A stretch of 64,000 bases of DNA from Bacteroidota bacterium (GTDB taxonomy: Bacteria > Bacteroidota > Bacteroidia > Bacteroidales > PUMT01), in NCBI GenBank assembly GCA_003554865.1, contig PWHJ01000088.1:90341-154340 (forward strand). The letters run 5' to 3'. The notes beneath the pieces were generated by a model. The model was given only the letters and a program-made list of their open reading frames with translations, did no database searches and was not told the DNA's origin. A program made the translations under genes and the position numbers. Shown piece by piece: positions 26,239 through 36,287 of this stretch (position 1 is the first letter of the stretch; every line of letters begins with the position of its first letter).

Positions 26239-27129
26239 ATGCTGATAGAGCATTTTATCGAATATCTGAAAAACGAAAAACGGTATTCTCCTCATACTAC
26301 CGTTTCGTACAGGGTTGATCTTAACCAGTTTGCAGGTTTTGTAAGGGAAAGGTACAATGTTGATTCACTTTCCTCTGTAAGCTATCCGATGGTAAGGGCA
26401 TGGCTTATGTTTTTGCTTGAAGAGAGGTCGCTGAGTGCCAGGACCGTTAACCGCAAACTTTCCTCATTGAAATCTTTTTGCCGTTTTATGATCCGTTCAG
26501 GCTTAATAAAAACAAGCCCGCTTGACAAAATAACATCTCCAAAAACAAGAAAAAGGCTCCCTCTTTTTATAGAAGAGGAAAAATTATCCGGTTTGCTCGA
26601 TAATACCGATTTTGGAGATGATTACACAGGAGTTCGTAACCGAATGATCATTGAAATGCTTTACCATACAGGTATACGAAGGTCGGAACTTATTAATCTG
26701 CGAAAAAATGATGTTGACCTCCCGGAAATGACATTGCGCGTTGTGGGCAAAGGAAACAGGGAAAGGTTGATACCGTTAAGCAGAAGGTTTGCCTCCTTTG
26801 CGGGGGAATATTTGAAGTTAAGGGAGGACTTTTTTCGCTCCAGTGGGGCAGCCGACTATTTTTTACTTACATCAAAGGGAGAAAAGTTGTATCCCAGGCT
26901 TGTTAACAGGATAGTTAAAGTTTACCTGGATACTATCACCTCCTCGGAGAAGAAAAGTCCGCATGTTATAAGGCACAGTTTTGCCACACATATGCTAAAT
27001 CATGGTGCCGGGCTCAATGCCATAAAGGAATTGCTTGGACATGCAAACCTTTCGGCAACCGAGGTTTACACTCACAATACTTTTGAAAAACTTAAAAAGA
27101 TTTATAAACAAGCTCATCCGCGAGCATAA
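26239..27129 (+). CDS. Tyrosine site-specific recombinase, XerC/XerD family (chromosomal dimer-resolution type)
   Basis: 296 aa. It has an N-terminal SAM-like domain (YLKNEKRYSPHTTVSYRVDLNQF) and the catalytic R...HxxR...Y set (GIRRSEL, PHVIRHSFATHML, LGHANLSATEVYTH). It sits in the conserved rpsU-xer-hpf neighbourhood. Confidence 0.85.
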   Translation: MLIEHFIEYLKNEKRYSPHTTVSYRVDLNQFAGFVRERYNVDSLSSVSYPMVRAWLMFLLEERSLSARTVNRKLSSLKSFCRFMIRSGLIKTSPLDKITSPKTRKRLPLFIEEEKLSGLLDNTDFGDDYTGVRNRMIIEMLYHTGIRRSELINLRKNDVDLPEMTLRVVGKGNRERLIPLSRRFASFAGEYLKLREDFFRSSGAADYFLLTSKGEKLYPRLVNRIVKVYLDTITSSEKKSPHVIRHSFATHMLNHGAGLNAIKELLGHANLSATEVYTHNTFEKLKKIYKQAHPRA

Positions 27130-27144
27130 AAAGGGAGGGTCATA

Positions 27145-27444
27145 ATGAACATAGAAATTCATACCATACATTTTGATGCAGATGAAAAACTGCTTGATTT
27201 TGTCAGGCAAAAAGTAAACAAGCTGGGTAAGTTTAATGATGATATTATGAATGCCGAGGTGTTTTTAAGATTTGAAAATGCACCGGAGATGGAAAATAAG
27301 ATGGCGGAAATAAAACTGACCTTGCGCGGAAGCAATTTGTTTGCAAAAAAGCAGGGCAAAAATTTCGAAGAGGCTGTCGATCTTGCGGCAGAAGCAATGA
27401 GAAAACAGCTGAAAAAGCACAAGGAGAAGCCGAGGAGGGCTTAA
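27145..27444 (+). CDS. hpf: Ribosome hibernation promoting factor / RaiA (short form)
   Basis: 99 aa. It has the sigma-54-modulation/S30EA-fold pattern (MNIEIHTIHFDADEKLLDFVRQKVNKL...AEAMRKQLKKHKEK). Confidence 0.85.
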   Translation: MNIEIHTIHFDADEKLLDFVRQKVNKLGKFNDDIMNAEVFLRFENAPEMENKMAEIKLTLRGSNLFAKKQGKNFEEAVDLAAEAMRKQLKKHKEKPRRA

Positions 27445-27493
27445 ATTGTATAAAAAAATGCAACTATTTTTGTGATTATTAACAAAATATTTA

Positions 27494-27501
27494 TACATTT
27501 G
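27494..27501 (+). promoter_or_regulatory. Candidate -7 promoter box (TACATTTG) for the tRNA-tuf transcription unit
   Basis: TAnnTTTG match 47 nt upstream of the first tRNA. Confidence 0.4.
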
Positions 27502-27547
27502 CAAACCAATTTTAGGGGTAATTTTTTACCAATTCGTTCTTTTACTT

Positions 27548-27621
27548 GCCGATGTAGCTCAGTTGGTCAGAGCAGCTGATTTGTAATCAGCTGGCCGGGG
27601 GTTCGAATCCCTCCATCGGCT
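27548..27621 (+). tRNA. tRNA-Thr (anticodon TGT)
   Basis: Manual cloverleaf: acceptor GCCGATG/CATCGGC, D-arm GCTC..GAGC, anticodon stem GCTGA/TCAGC with loop TTTGTAA, T-arm GGGGG-TTCGAAT-CCCTC. 74 nt, no encoded CCA. Confidence 0.93.
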
Positions 27622-27642
27622 CGTTGTTTTGGAAAGACCTCT

Positions 27643-27724
27643 GGGGAGATACCAAAGCGGTCAACTGGGGCAGACTGTAAATCTGCTGGCGTAGCCTTCG
27701 GAGGTTCGAATCCTCCTCTCCCCA
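27643..27724 (+). tRNA. tRNA-Tyr (anticodon GTA)
   Basis: Acceptor GGGGAGA/TCTCCCC, anticodon stem GCAGA/TCTGC with loop CTGTAAA, long variable arm, T-arm GGAGG-TTCGAAT-CCTCC. Confidence 0.9.
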
Positions 27725-27733
27725 CGCTTATAA

Positions 27734-27806
27734 GCGGGAGTAGCTCAGTTGGTAGAGCATCAGCCTTCCAAGCTGAGGGTCGCGGGTCCGAGTCCCGTCT
27801 CCCGCT
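27734..27806 (+). tRNA. tRNA-Gly (anticodon TCC)
   Basis: Acceptor GCGGGAG/CTCCCGC, anticodon stem TCAGC/GCTGA with loop CTTCCAA, T-arm GCGGG-TCCGAGT-CCCGT. 73 nt. Confidence 0.93.
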
Positions 27807-27814
27807 CTTTTTTT

Positions 27815-27886
<72 letters not shown>

Positions 27887-27955
27887 CAACTGGACAAAAA
27901 ATACAGCTCTTGAAATAACAAATCATCAAATTATCAAAAATAATTATAAAAAATT

Positions 27956-29143
27956 ATGGCAAAAGAAAAATTTGAAAGAACCAAACCCCATGTCAATATT
28001 GGTACGATAGGTCATATTGACCACGGCAAAACTACCTTGACAGCTGCTATTACACTTGTCCTGTCAAGAAAAGGATTATCCGAGATTAAGACTTTTGATC
28101 AGATTGACAATGCTCCCGAGGAAAAGTCAAGGGGTATTACAATTAATACTGCTCACGTTGAGTACCAGACAGCTAACCGTCACTATGCCCACGTTGACTG
28201 TCCGGGTCACGCAGACTATGTTAAAAATATGGTAACAGGTGCCGCCCAGATGGACGGAGCGATACTGGTAGTTGCCGGCCCCGACGGCCCTATGCCGCAA
28301 ACAAGAGAGCATATTCTTCTTGCCCGCCAGGTGAATGTTCCCAGTATAGTTGTTTACATCAACAAGGTTGATCTGGTTGACGACCCTGAATTGTTAGAGC
28401 TTGTTGAGCTTGAGGTACGTGAGCTGCTCAATTTTTATGATTTTGACGGTGACAATGCTCCCGTTATTCACGGTTCCGCACTTGGAGCACTTAACGGTGA
28501 TGAAAAAGAGGAAAATAATATAATGGAGCTAATGGAGGCCGTTGACAGTTTTATCCCCATGCCAGAAAGGGATGTTGACAAGCCTTTCCTTATGCCGGTA
28601 GAGGATGTTTTCTCTATAACCGGACGCGGAACTGTTGCTACCGGAAGGGTTGAGACAGGTACTGTGAATACGGGTGATGAAATGGAAATTGTTGGCCTGG
28701 GAGAGAAAAGTAAGAAAACCGTTATTACCGGTGTTGAAATGTTCCGCAAAATTCTCGATCACGGTGAAGCCGGTGACAATGTCGGTCTGTTGTTAAGAGG
28801 AATAGCCAAAGACCAGGTTAAAAGAGGTCAGGTTATAGCCAAGCCCGGTTCTATAACTCCTCACACCAAATTCAAGGCAGAGGTTTACGTATTGAAGAAA
28901 GATGAGGGCGGAAGGCACACACCTTTCCACAACAATTACCGTCCGCAGTTCTACCTGAGAACACTTGACGTAACAGGTGAGGTTAAGCTTCCCGAGGGGA
29001 CGGAAATGGTTATGCCGGGAGACAATGTAACAATAACCGTTGAGCTTATTTATCCGGTAGCCATAAACCCCAACCTCCGTTTTGCTATTCGTGAGGGCAG
29101 CAGGACTATAGGTGCCGGGCAGGTAGTTGAAATAATAGAGTAA
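27956..29143 (+). CDS. tuf: Elongation factor Tu
   Basis: 395 aa. [36 protein letters not shown] and NKVD are unmistakable EF-Tu motifs. Confidence 0.99.
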   Translation: MAKEKFERTKPHVNIGTIGHIDHGKTTLTAAITLVLSRKGLSEIKTFDQIDNAPEEKSRGITINTAHVEYQTANRHYAHVDCPGHADYVKNMVTGAAQMDGAILVVAGPDGPMPQTREHILLARQVNVPSIVVYINKVDLVDDPELLELVELEVRELLNFYDFDGDNAPVIHGSALGALNGDEKEENNIMELMEAVDSFIPMPERDVDKPFLMPVEDVFSITGRGTVATGRVETGTVNTGDEMEIVGLGEKSKKTVITGVEMFRKILDHGEAGDNVGLLLRGIAKDQVKRGQVIAKPGSITPHTKFKAEVYVLKKDEGGRHTPFHNNYRPQFYLRTLDVTGEVKLPEGTEMVMPGDNVTITVELIYPVAINPNLRFAIREGSRTIGAGQVVEIIE

Positions 29144-29220
29144 AGGTATTTTACGTTTGAATACGGATTTAATATAACAGTTTAATCTATTGCAAATTGA
29201 ATAAGCCGGTAAAATACCTT
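29143..29220 (+). repeat. 11-12-bp perfect inverted repeat spanning the tuf / tRNA-Trp spacer (candidate processing stem)
   Basis: AGGTATTTTAC (29144-29154) pairs with GTAAAATACCT (29209-29219), plus one flanking A-T pair. The arms are 54 nt apart. The right arm ends 12 nt before tRNA-Trp. No T-run follows. Confidence 0.5.
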
Positions 29221-29231
29221 AGCGGCAATAA

Positions 29232-29304
29232 ACGGGTGTAGCTCAATTGGTAGAGTGGCGGTCTCCAAAACCGTTGGCTGGGAGTTCGAGTCTCTCCACC
29301 CGTG
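29232..29304 (+). tRNA. tRNA-Trp (anticodon CCA)
   Basis: Acceptor ACGGGTG/CACCCGT, anticodon loop CTCCAAA, T-arm GGGAG-TTCGAGT-CTCTC. 73 nt. It holds the conserved position between tuf and secE. Confidence 0.92.
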
Positions 29305-29323
29305 CTAAATTTTAAAGTTTATC

Positions 29324-29515
29324 ATGAGAATAAAGACCTATTTGCAAAACTCTTTTAACGAACTAATATATAAAGTTACGTGGCCTAGCTATAGTGAGTT
29401 GCAAAACACTGCAGTGGTTGTAATGACTGCAGCTTTTATCATTGCAATGATAGTTTTTGGTATGGATTATATTTTTGAAAATATTATGGAGACGGTTTAC
29501 AGCTTGTTTTATTAA
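29324..29515 (+). CDS. secE: Preprotein translocase subunit SecE
   Basis: 63 aa. It has the [10 protein letters not shown] motif plus a single C-terminal TM helix, in the conserved position before nusG. Confidence 0.9.
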   Translation: MRIKTYLQNSFNELIYKVTWPSYSELQNTAVVVMTAAFIIAMIVFGMDYIFENIMETVYSLFY

Positions 29516-29532
29516 CATTGCAGGAGGAACGA

Positions 29533-30078
29533 ATGGCTGAGAATGGAAAAAAATGGTATGTTTTAAGGGCGATAGGCGGGAAAGAAAAGAAGGTGAAGGA
29601 GTATGTCGAAAATGAGATCAACCGTTTGAAATTACACGATTATATTTCACAGGTTTTAATACCAACAGAAAAGGTGTATCAAATTCGCGGGGGAAAAAAG
29701 ATCAGTAAAGAACGCAATTTCTTTCCCGGGTATATTCTGGTTGAGGCCAATCTGGAAGGTGAAGTGGCTCATATACTTGAAAATGTTCCAAATGTTATCG
29801 GTTTCCTCTGTGATAAAGACAAGGAGCCGGTACCCCTAAGGCCATCCGAGGTAAACCGGATAATGGGCAAGGTTGATGAGCTTGCCGCCAGCGATGAGGA
29901 AATAAATGTTCCTTTTTTTGTGGGTGAATCCGTTAAGGTTACAGATGGCCCGTTCAACAGTTTTTCAGGGGTTATAGAAGAGGTAAACGAGGAGAAAAAG
30001 AAGCTTAAGGTTATGGTCAAGATATTCGGCCGGAAAACACCCCTGGAGCTGAGCTTTATGCAGGTTGAGAAAGAGTAA
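29533..30078 (+). CDS. nusG: Transcription termination/antitermination factor NusG
   Basis: The ATG at 29533 gives [21 protein letters not shown] (NGN domain). The C-terminal KOW motif is [21 protein letters not shown]. The ORF-track start at 29518 is a TTG located 3 nt after the secE stop. Confidence 0.95.
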   Translation: MAENGKKWYVLRAIGGKEKKVKEYVENEINRLKLHDYISQVLIPTEKVYQIRGGKKISKERNFFPGYILVEANLEGEVAHILENVPNVIGFLCDKDKEPVPLRPSEVNRIMGKVDELAASDEEINVPFFVGESVKVTDGPFNSFSGVIEEVNEEKKKLKVMVKIFGRKTPLELSFMQVEKE

Positions 30079-30186
30079 TTTTAGTATTGGAGACTGTTAC
30101 GCATCTTTATATAAATCATTTATGGCAGCAGGTAAAATTATAATGCTTCCGACCGGTTGCCGCAAAAGTGAAAATCAAGTAAAATT

Positions 30187-30633
30187 ATGGCAAAAGAAGT
30201 TGCTGGATTGATAAAATTGCAAATCAAAGGAGGAGCTGCAAATCCATCCCCGCCCGTCGGACCTGCACTTGGTGCGAAGGGGCTCAACATTATGGATTTT
30301 TGCAAGCAGTTCAATGCCCGCACCCAGGGAAGTGCCGGAAAGTTGCTGCCGGTTATAATTACGGTTTATACCGACAAATCGTTTGATTTTGTTGTAAAGA
30401 CACCGCCGGTGCCTATACAGCTTTTGGAAACCGCCAAGCTTAAATCGGGCTCCTCTGAGCCCAACAGGGTCAGAGCTGCCAGAATTACCTGGGATCAGGT
30501 AAAAAAAATAGCGGAGGAAAAAATGCCTGACCTTAATGCCTTTACCGTTGAGGGGGCTATGAAAATGGTGGCTGGCACAGCCAGGAGTATGGGGATTGCC
30601 GTGAAAGGGAAACCTCCTTTTGCTAATCAATAA
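30187..30633 (+). CDS. rplK: 50S ribosomal protein L11
   Basis: Contains [33 protein letters not shown], which is canonical L11. Confidence 0.98.
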   Translation: MAKEVAGLIKLQIKGGAANPSPPVGPALGAKGLNIMDFCKQFNARTQGSAGKLLPVIITVYTDKSFDFVVKTPPVPIQLLETAKLKSGSSEPNRVRAARITWDQVKKIAEEKMPDLNAFTVEGAMKMVAGTARSMGIAVKGKPPFANQ

Positions 30634-30648
30634 ATTATTTCTTATACA

Positions 30649-31341
30649 ATGACGAAACTTACAAAAAACCGAAAGGCAGCTCTGGAGAAAGTCGATACTG
30701 TCAAAGCATATAAGCTTTCAGAAGCGGTTGAGCTGGTGAAGAAAATAACCACAACAAATTTTGATGCTTCGGTTGACATAGATGTGAGACTGGGAGTTGA
30801 TCCCAGAAAGCCGAATCAGATGGTGAGAGGGGTTGTTACATTACCTCACGGAACCGGCAAGACTGTTCGGGTGCTTGTATTGTGTACGCCTGACAAGGAA
30901 GAGGAGGCTAAATCTGCTGGAGCTGATTATGTCGGACTTGAGGAATATATCGAAAAGATCAAAGGCGGTTGGACCGATGTTGATGTTATAATAACAATGC
31001 CTCCGGTAATGCCCAAGATAGGTCAGCTGGGACGCATTTTGGGTCCGCGCGGACTGATGCCGAATCCAAAAAGCGGAACGGTAACAATGGATATCGGTAA
31101 GGCTGTAGGTGATATTAAGGCAGGGAAGATAGACTTTAAGGTTGACAAATATGGGATAATTCACACTTCCATAGGAAAGGTTTCCTTTGAGCCGGCAAAG
31201 CTGGTTGAAAATGCAAAGGAATTTGTTCAGACTGTCAACAAGTTGAAACCGGCTGCTGCAAAAGGCACTTACATTAAAAGCATCCATCTTTCCAGTACTA
31301 TGAGTCCCGGTGTCAGGGTTGACCCAAAGTCAATCGTCTAA
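30649..31341 (+). CDS. rplA: 50S ribosomal protein L1
   Basis: 230 aa. [23 protein letters not shown] and [15 protein letters not shown] are L1 signatures. Confidence 0.98.
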   Translation: MTKLTKNRKAALEKVDTVKAYKLSEAVELVKKITTTNFDASVDIDVRLGVDPRKPNQMVRGVVTLPHGTGKTVRVLVLCTPDKEEEAKSAGADYVGLEEYIEKIKGGWTDVDVIITMPPVMPKIGQLGRILGPRGLMPNPKSGTVTMDIGKAVGDIKAGKIDFKVDKYGIIHTSIGKVSFEPAKLVENAKEFVQTVNKLKPAAAKGTYIKSIHLSSTMSPGVRVDPKSIV

Positions 31342-31369
31342 TGTTAACAAAATTACTCCTTTAAGCAAT

Positions 31370-31888
31370 ATGAAACTAGAAGAAAAAATTGCGATCGTTG
31401 AGGACCTGGCTGAAAAGCTGGAAAAGTTTGATCATTTTTACATTGCGGATGTTACCAATCTCAATGCGTCCGAAACAACACAGTTGAGGCGGAAATGCTA
31501 TGACAGAAATATTAAGCTGGTGGTTGTCAAAAACACTTTATTAAAAAGAGCCCTGGAAAAGTCGGGCAAAAATTTTGATGAGATAAATGGTGTTTTAAAG
31601 GCTCCCTCTTCGGTAATGTTTTGCGAGACTGCCAATGCACCTGGAAAATTAATCAAGGAGTTTCGCAAAAAACACGACCGTCCTTTGCTGAAGGCCGCTT
31701 ATGTTGAGGAATCTCTTTATGTCGGAGACGATCAGCTTGAGGTTCTTGCCAATCTTAAATCCAAAGAGGAGCTGATTGGCGATATTGTACTGATGTTACA
31801 ATCGCCCGCCAGGAATGTTATATCTGCCCTTGAATCGGGAGGTGGCAAACTGGCAGGCATTGTCAAAACTTTATCCGAAAAAGAATAA
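31370..31888 (+). CDS. rplJ: 50S ribosomal protein L10
   Basis: The ATG at 31370 gives MKLEEKIAIVEDLAEKLEKFDHFYIADVTNLNASETTQLRRKC (172 aa), which is typical L10. The ORF-track start at 31310 would overlap rplA. Confidence 0.95.
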   Translation: MKLEEKIAIVEDLAEKLEKFDHFYIADVTNLNASETTQLRRKCYDRNIKLVVVKNTLLKRALEKSGKNFDEINGVLKAPSSVMFCETANAPGKLIKEFRKKHDRPLLKAAYVEESLYVGDDQLEVLANLKSKEELIGDIVLMLQSPARNVISALESGGGKLAGIVKTLSEKE

Positions 31889-31923
31889 AAAAACAATAAT
31901 CCAAAAATTTAAACTATAAGAAA

Positions 31924-32298
31924 ATGGCAGATTTGAAAGCATTTGCAGACCAATTGGTCAATTTAACCGTTAAAGAAGTTAATGAATTGGCTCAGATTTT
32001 AAAAGATGAATATGGAATAGAGCCGGCTGCGGCACCTGCTGTTGCAGCTGCTGCACCTGCAGAAGAAAGTGCTGAAGCTGAAGAAAAAACTCAGTTTGAT
32101 GTTGTTCTTAATTCGCCCGGCGGATCCAAGTTGCAAGTTGTAAAGCTTGTGAAGGAAATAACAAGCCTGGGACTAAAAGAAGCCAAAGAGCTGGTTGATT
32201 CGGCACCTAAGCCTGTAAAGGAAGGTGTTTCAAAAGAAGAAGCAGAATCACTTAAATCTCAATTTGAAGAAGCTGGAGCAGAAGTTGAACTTAAATAG
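31924..32298 (+). CDS. rplL: 50S ribosomal protein L7/L12
   Basis: 124 aa with an Ala/Glu-rich hinge ([14 protein letters not shown]) and a C-terminal domain ([24 protein letters not shown]...EAGAEVELK). Confidence 0.98.
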   Translation: MADLKAFADQLVNLTVKEVNELAQILKDEYGIEPAAAPAVAAAAPAEESAEAEEKTQFDVVLNSPGGSKLQVVKLVKEITSLGLKEAKELVDSAPKPVKEGVSKEEAESLKSQFEEAGAEVELK

Positions 32299-32326
32299 CT
32301 ATTTTTTCGATAATACTGATAATCAG

Positions 32327-32365
32327 GGGTTTAGAATCTTCCTTGGAAGGTTCTAACCCTTTTTG
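32327..32365 (+). terminator. Hairpin plus T-run between rplL and rpoB (candidate partial terminator/attenuator)
   Basis: GGGTTTAGAATCTTCC-TT-GGAAGGTTCTAACCC (about 14 bp with one bulge and one mismatch) followed by TTTTTG. It holds the same position as the known rplL-rpoB attenuator of E. coli. Confidence 0.55.
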
Positions 32366-32404
32366 TTGTTGTAATTGTTTGGGTTCACTTAATTTTTATT
32401 TTAA

Positions 32405-35400
32405 ATGCGGTCACAAAATATTGAACAAGGAAGAGTAAGTTTCGCCACGTCAAAAATTCAATTGGATTACCCGGATTTTCTGGAAGTTCAGCTGAAGTCC
32501 TTTTCCGATTTTTTTCAGATGGGAACATCTCCTGAGCACCGGAAAAATGAAGGGCTATTCAGAGTATTCAATGAAAATTTTCCTATCACGGACACAAGGA
32601 ACAATTTTGTTCTCGAGTTTATTGATTACTTTATTGATCCGCCCAGGTATACAATTGAAGAGTGTTTGGAGAGGGGGCTGACTTTCAGTGTTCCGCTTAA
32701 AGCCAAGTTGAAGCTTTATTGCACTGACGCTGAACATGAAGATTTCGATACGGTTATCCAGGACGTTTATCTGGGTACTGTTCCGTATATGACTGAACGC
32801 GGAACTTTTGTTATAAACGGTGCCGAGCGTGTTGTTGTTTCACAGCTGCACAGATCGCCCGGTGTATTTTTCGGCCAGAGTATACATGCCAACCGGACAA
32901 AGCTTTACTCAGCCCGCATTATTCCTTTTAAGGGATCCTGGATAGAGTTTGCCACCGACATCAACAATGTGATGTATGCCTATATAGACCGTAAGAAAAA
33001 GTTGCCGGTAACCACACTGTTGCGTGCAATTGGCTTTGAGAATGACAAGGATGTACTTGGTATATTCAATTTGGCCGATGAGGTAAAAGTTTCAAAAACA
33101 GCTCTGAAGAAAAACCTTGGCCGAAAGCTTGCAGCCAGGGTTTTGAAATCCTGGATAGAAGATTTCGTTGATGAGGATACCGGTGAAGTTGTATCAATTG
33201 AGCGTAATGAAGTTATAATTGACAGGGAAACCGTTCTTGAAGAGGAACATATAGATCAAATTATTGACTCGGGAAGCGAATCAATACTCTTGCACAGGGA
33301 GGATTTGAACCTTTCGGATTACGCGATAATATACAACACCCTTCAAAAGGACCCTTGCAATTCCGAAAAAGAGGCGGTGATGCATATTTACCGCCAGTTG
33401 AGAAATTCTGAGCCCCCGGATGAAGCAACCGCAAGAGATGTTATCGACAAACTCTTTTTTTCAGACAAAAGGTATGACCTCGGTGATGTTGGCCGCTACA
33501 GGATCAATAAAAAACTTGGTCTGGATATACCGATAGACACAAAGGTACTTACAAAAGAGGATATTATAAGCATAATAAAATACCTCATTCAGCTTATCAA
33601 CTCCAAAACAAATGTTGACGATATAGACCACCTTAGCAACCGTCGTGTACGAACAGTAGGTGAACAGCTCGCAAACCAGTTTGGTGTGGGGCTTGCACGT
33701 ATGGCAAGGACGATAAGGGAAAGGATGAATGTCCGCGACAATGAAGTATTCCAGCCGGTTGATCTGATCAACTCCAAAACTTTGTCATCTGTTATCAATT
33801 CCTTTTTCGGAACAAACCAGTTGTCGCAGTTTATGGATCAGACCAACCCGCTTGCCGAAATGACCCACAAACGAAGAATGTCGGCTTTGGGTCCCGGCGG
33901 ATTGTCAAGGGAGCGTGCTGGTTTTGAGGTCAGGGATGTGCACTATACCCATTACGGCAGACTTTGCCCGATTGAAACACCCGAAGGCCCCAATATCGGT
34001 CTTATTTCATCCCTGTGTATCTATGCCAAGATAAATGAGCTTGGGTTTATTGAAACACCCTACAGGAAAGTTGAAAATTCAAAAGTGAGCATTGAAGCTT
34101 CTGATGTTAAGTATCTTAGTGCTGAAGAGGAAGAGGCAAAAATGATTGCCCAGGCAAATGCTCCTTTGAATGATGACGGCACTTTTGTCAACCAGCGTGT
34201 TAAGGCAAGGTATGACGGCGACTTTCCCCTTGCCGAAGGGGAGGATGTGGAGCTCATGGACATTGCCCCGAACCAGATTGCCTCTATTGCTGCTTCACTG
34301 ATACCGTTTCTGGAGCATGATGATGCCAACCGCGCGCTTATGGGATCAAACATGATGCGCCAGGCTGTACCTCTTCTTAATCCTGAGTCGCCTGTAGTGG
34401 GAACCGGCCTTGAGAAGAACGTGGCACATGATTCGCGTGTTCATTTTGTTGCCGAAGGTGACGGTGTTGTTGAGTATGTAGATGCAAACGAGATAGTGGT
34501 ACGTTATACCCGTACAGAACAGGAGAAATTTGTAAGTTTTGACCCTGATGTTAAACACTACAAACTTCCCAAGTTTAAAAAAACCAATCAGAATACAATT
34601 ATAAACCTGAAGCCTGTTGTTTCGAAAGGAGAAAAGTTAGTCAAGGGGCAAATACTGACTGAAGGTTATGCAACTGATAAAGGGGAGCTGGCTTTGGGAA
34701 GGAATCTTACGGTCGCTTTTATGCCCTGGAAGGGTTATAATTTTGAGGATGCCATAGTATTATCAGACCGTATTGTTCACGAAGATATTTTCACCTCCGT
34801 TAGTGTAGACGAATATTTGCTGGAGGTACGCGACACGAAGAGGGGTGTGGAAGAGCTGACCTCCGATATACCCAATGTAAGCGAGGAGGCTACCAAAAAC
34901 CTTGATGAGAACGGAATTATCCGTATAGGTGCCGAAATTAATCCCGGGGATATACTTATAGGAAAGATCACACCCAAGGGAGAATCGGATCCCTCTCCGG
35001 AAGAAAAACTGCTAAGGGCCATTTTCGGTGATAAGGCCGGTGATGTCAAGGATGCTTCCCTTAAAGCTCCCCCGTCACTTTATGGTGTTGTGGTTGAAAA
35101 GAGGCTTTTCTCCAAAATTGCAAGGGACAAGAAAGGAAAAGCCACGGAAAAAAATGTAGTTGCAAAGCTTGATGATGAGTTTAACCAAAAGATTGAAGAT
35201 CTGACAGCCAAGCTGGTTGACAAGTTGTTTATTCTGGTCAACGGCCGCACTTCACAAGGGGTTAAGGATCATCTCAACCAGGAGGTGGTACCCAAAGGAG
35301 TTAAGTTTACACAAAAAACACTGCAGCAAATAGATTTCCTTACGGTAAATCCAAGTAAGTGGACAACCGACAAGGAAAAAAATGAAACCATAAGGCAGCT

Positions 35401-36220
35401 GCTGCAAAATTACCATTCAAAATATAAGGAAATAGATGCCCATTATAAAAGAAAAAAATATAATCTGACAATTGGCGATGAGCTGCCCGCCGGTATTGTT
35501 CAGCTTGCTAAGGTTTATATAGCCAAAAAACGGAAGGCTAAAGTAGGTGATAAATTTGCCGGGCGACACGGTAATAAGGGAATTGTTTCCAAAATTGTCA
35601 GGCAGGAAGATATGCCGTTTCTGGATGACGGCACACCTGTTGATATTGTTTTGAACCCACTGGGTGTCCCCTCAAGAATGAACCTTGGCCAGATTTATGA
35701 GTCGGTCCTGGGATGGGCAGGCCAAAAGCTTGGAGTGAAGTTTGAGTCTCCCGTATTTGACGGTGCAAAAATTGATCAGATAAATGAATACACACAAAAA
35801 GCGGGAGTGCCGCCTTATGGCAAAACTAACGTGTATGACGGAAACACTGGCGAGCGTTTTGACCAGCCTGCAACAGTCGGAGTGATTTACATGATGAAGC
35901 TGGGGCATATGGTGGATGATAAAATGCATGCCCGTTCTATAGGTCCTTATTCTCTTATCACTCAGCAACCACTTGGCGGTAAGGCCCAATTCGGCGGTCA
36001 GCGTTTCGGTGAGATGGAGGTGTGGGCTCTTGAGGCTTTCGGAGCAGCCAATGTTCTGCAGGAAATTCTGACTATCAAGTCCGATGACGTTGCGGGACGC
36101 GCCAGGGCATACGAAAGTATAGTTAAAGGAGACCCGTTGCCCCAGGCAGGGATCCCCGAATCATTGAATGTTTTGTTGCATGAGCTGAGGGGACTCGGAT
36201 TGAGTATTAATCTTGTTTAA
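32405..36220 (+). CDS. rpoB: DNA-directed RNA polymerase subunit beta
   Basis: 1271 aa. It has the rifampicin-region motifs ([34 protein letters not shown]) and [12 protein letters not shown]. Confidence 0.99.
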   Translation: MRSQNIEQGRVSFATSKIQLDYPDFLEVQLKSFSDFFQMGTSPEHRKNEGLFRVFNENFPITDTRNNFVLEFIDYFIDPPRYTIEECLERGLTFSVPLKAKLKLYCTDAEHEDFDTVIQDVYLGTVPYMTERGTFVINGAERVVVSQLHRSPGVFFGQSIHANRTKLYSARIIPFKGSWIEFATDINNVMYAYIDRKKKLPVTTLLRAIGFENDKDVLGIFNLADEVKVSKTALKKNLGRKLAARVLKSWIEDFVDEDTGEVVSIERNEVIIDRETVLEEEHIDQIIDSGSESILLHREDLNLSDYAIIYNTLQKDPCNSEKEAVMHIYRQLRNSEPPDEATARDVIDKLFFSDKRYDLGDVGRYRINKKLGLDIPIDTKVLTKEDIISIIKYLIQLINSKTNVDDIDHLSNRRVRTVGEQLANQFGVGLARMARTIRERMNVRDNEVFQPVDLINSKTLSSVINSFFGTNQLSQFMDQTNPLAEMTHKRRMSALGPGGLSRERAGFEVRDVHYTHYGRLCPIETPEGPNIGLISSLCIYAKINELGFIETPYRKVENSKVSIEASDVKYLSAEEEEAKMIAQANAPLNDDGTFVNQRVKARYDGDFPLAEGEDVELMDIAPNQIASIAASLIPFLEHDDANRALMGSNMMRQAVPLLNPESPVVGTGLEKNVAHDSRVHFVAEGDGVVEYVDANEIVVRYTRTEQEKFVSFDPDVKHYKLPKFKKTNQNTIINLKPVVSKGEKLVKGQILTEGYATDKGELALGRNLTVAFMPWKGYNFEDAIVLSDRIVHEDIFTSVSVDEYLLEVRDTKRGVEELTSDIPNVSEEATKNLDENGIIRIGAEINPGDILIGKITPKGESDPSPEEKLLRAIFGDKAGDVKDASLKAPPSLYGVVVEKRLFSKIARDKKGKATEKNVVAKLDDEFNQKIEDLTAKLVDKLFILVNGRTSQGVKDHLNQEVVPKGVKFTQKTLQQIDFLTVNPSKWTTDKEKNETIRQLLQNYHSKYKEIDAHYKRKKYNLTIGDELPAGIVQLAKVYIAKKRKAKVGDKFAGRHGNKGIVSKIVRQEDMPFLDDGTPVDIVLNPLGVPSRMNLGQIYESVLGWAGQKLGVKFESPVFDGAKIDQINEYTQKAGVPPYGKTNVYDGNTGERFDQPATVGVIYMMKLGHMVDDKMHARSIGPYSLITQQPLGGKAQFGGQRFGEMEVWALEAFGAANVLQEILTIKSDDVAGRARAYESIVKGDPLPQAGIPESLNVLLHELRGLGLSINLV

Positions 36221-36287
36221 ACTCTCCCAGCTGGAAGTAAAAACAAGTTCCGGTTTCTTTTAAATTGTAAACAATAATTATCAAAAT

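Noticed and set aside
26239-27129. Tyrosine recombinase next to a tRNA cluster as a possible integrative mobile element
   Set aside because: The protein has XerC/XerD housekeeping architecture and sits in the conserved rpsU-xer-hpf arrangement. I saw no direct repeats of tRNA 3' ends, no excisionase, and no cargo genes. Everything downstream is the universal tuf-rpoBC block.
30175-30630. 151-aa minus-strand ORF opposite rplK
   Set aside because: It is antisense to canonical L11. Similar long antisense ORFs occur opposite rplA, rpoB, rpoC, tuf, acd (43444-44574), fdhA (55514-55960) and hypD (59046-59672). All lack motifs and overlap confidently called genes.
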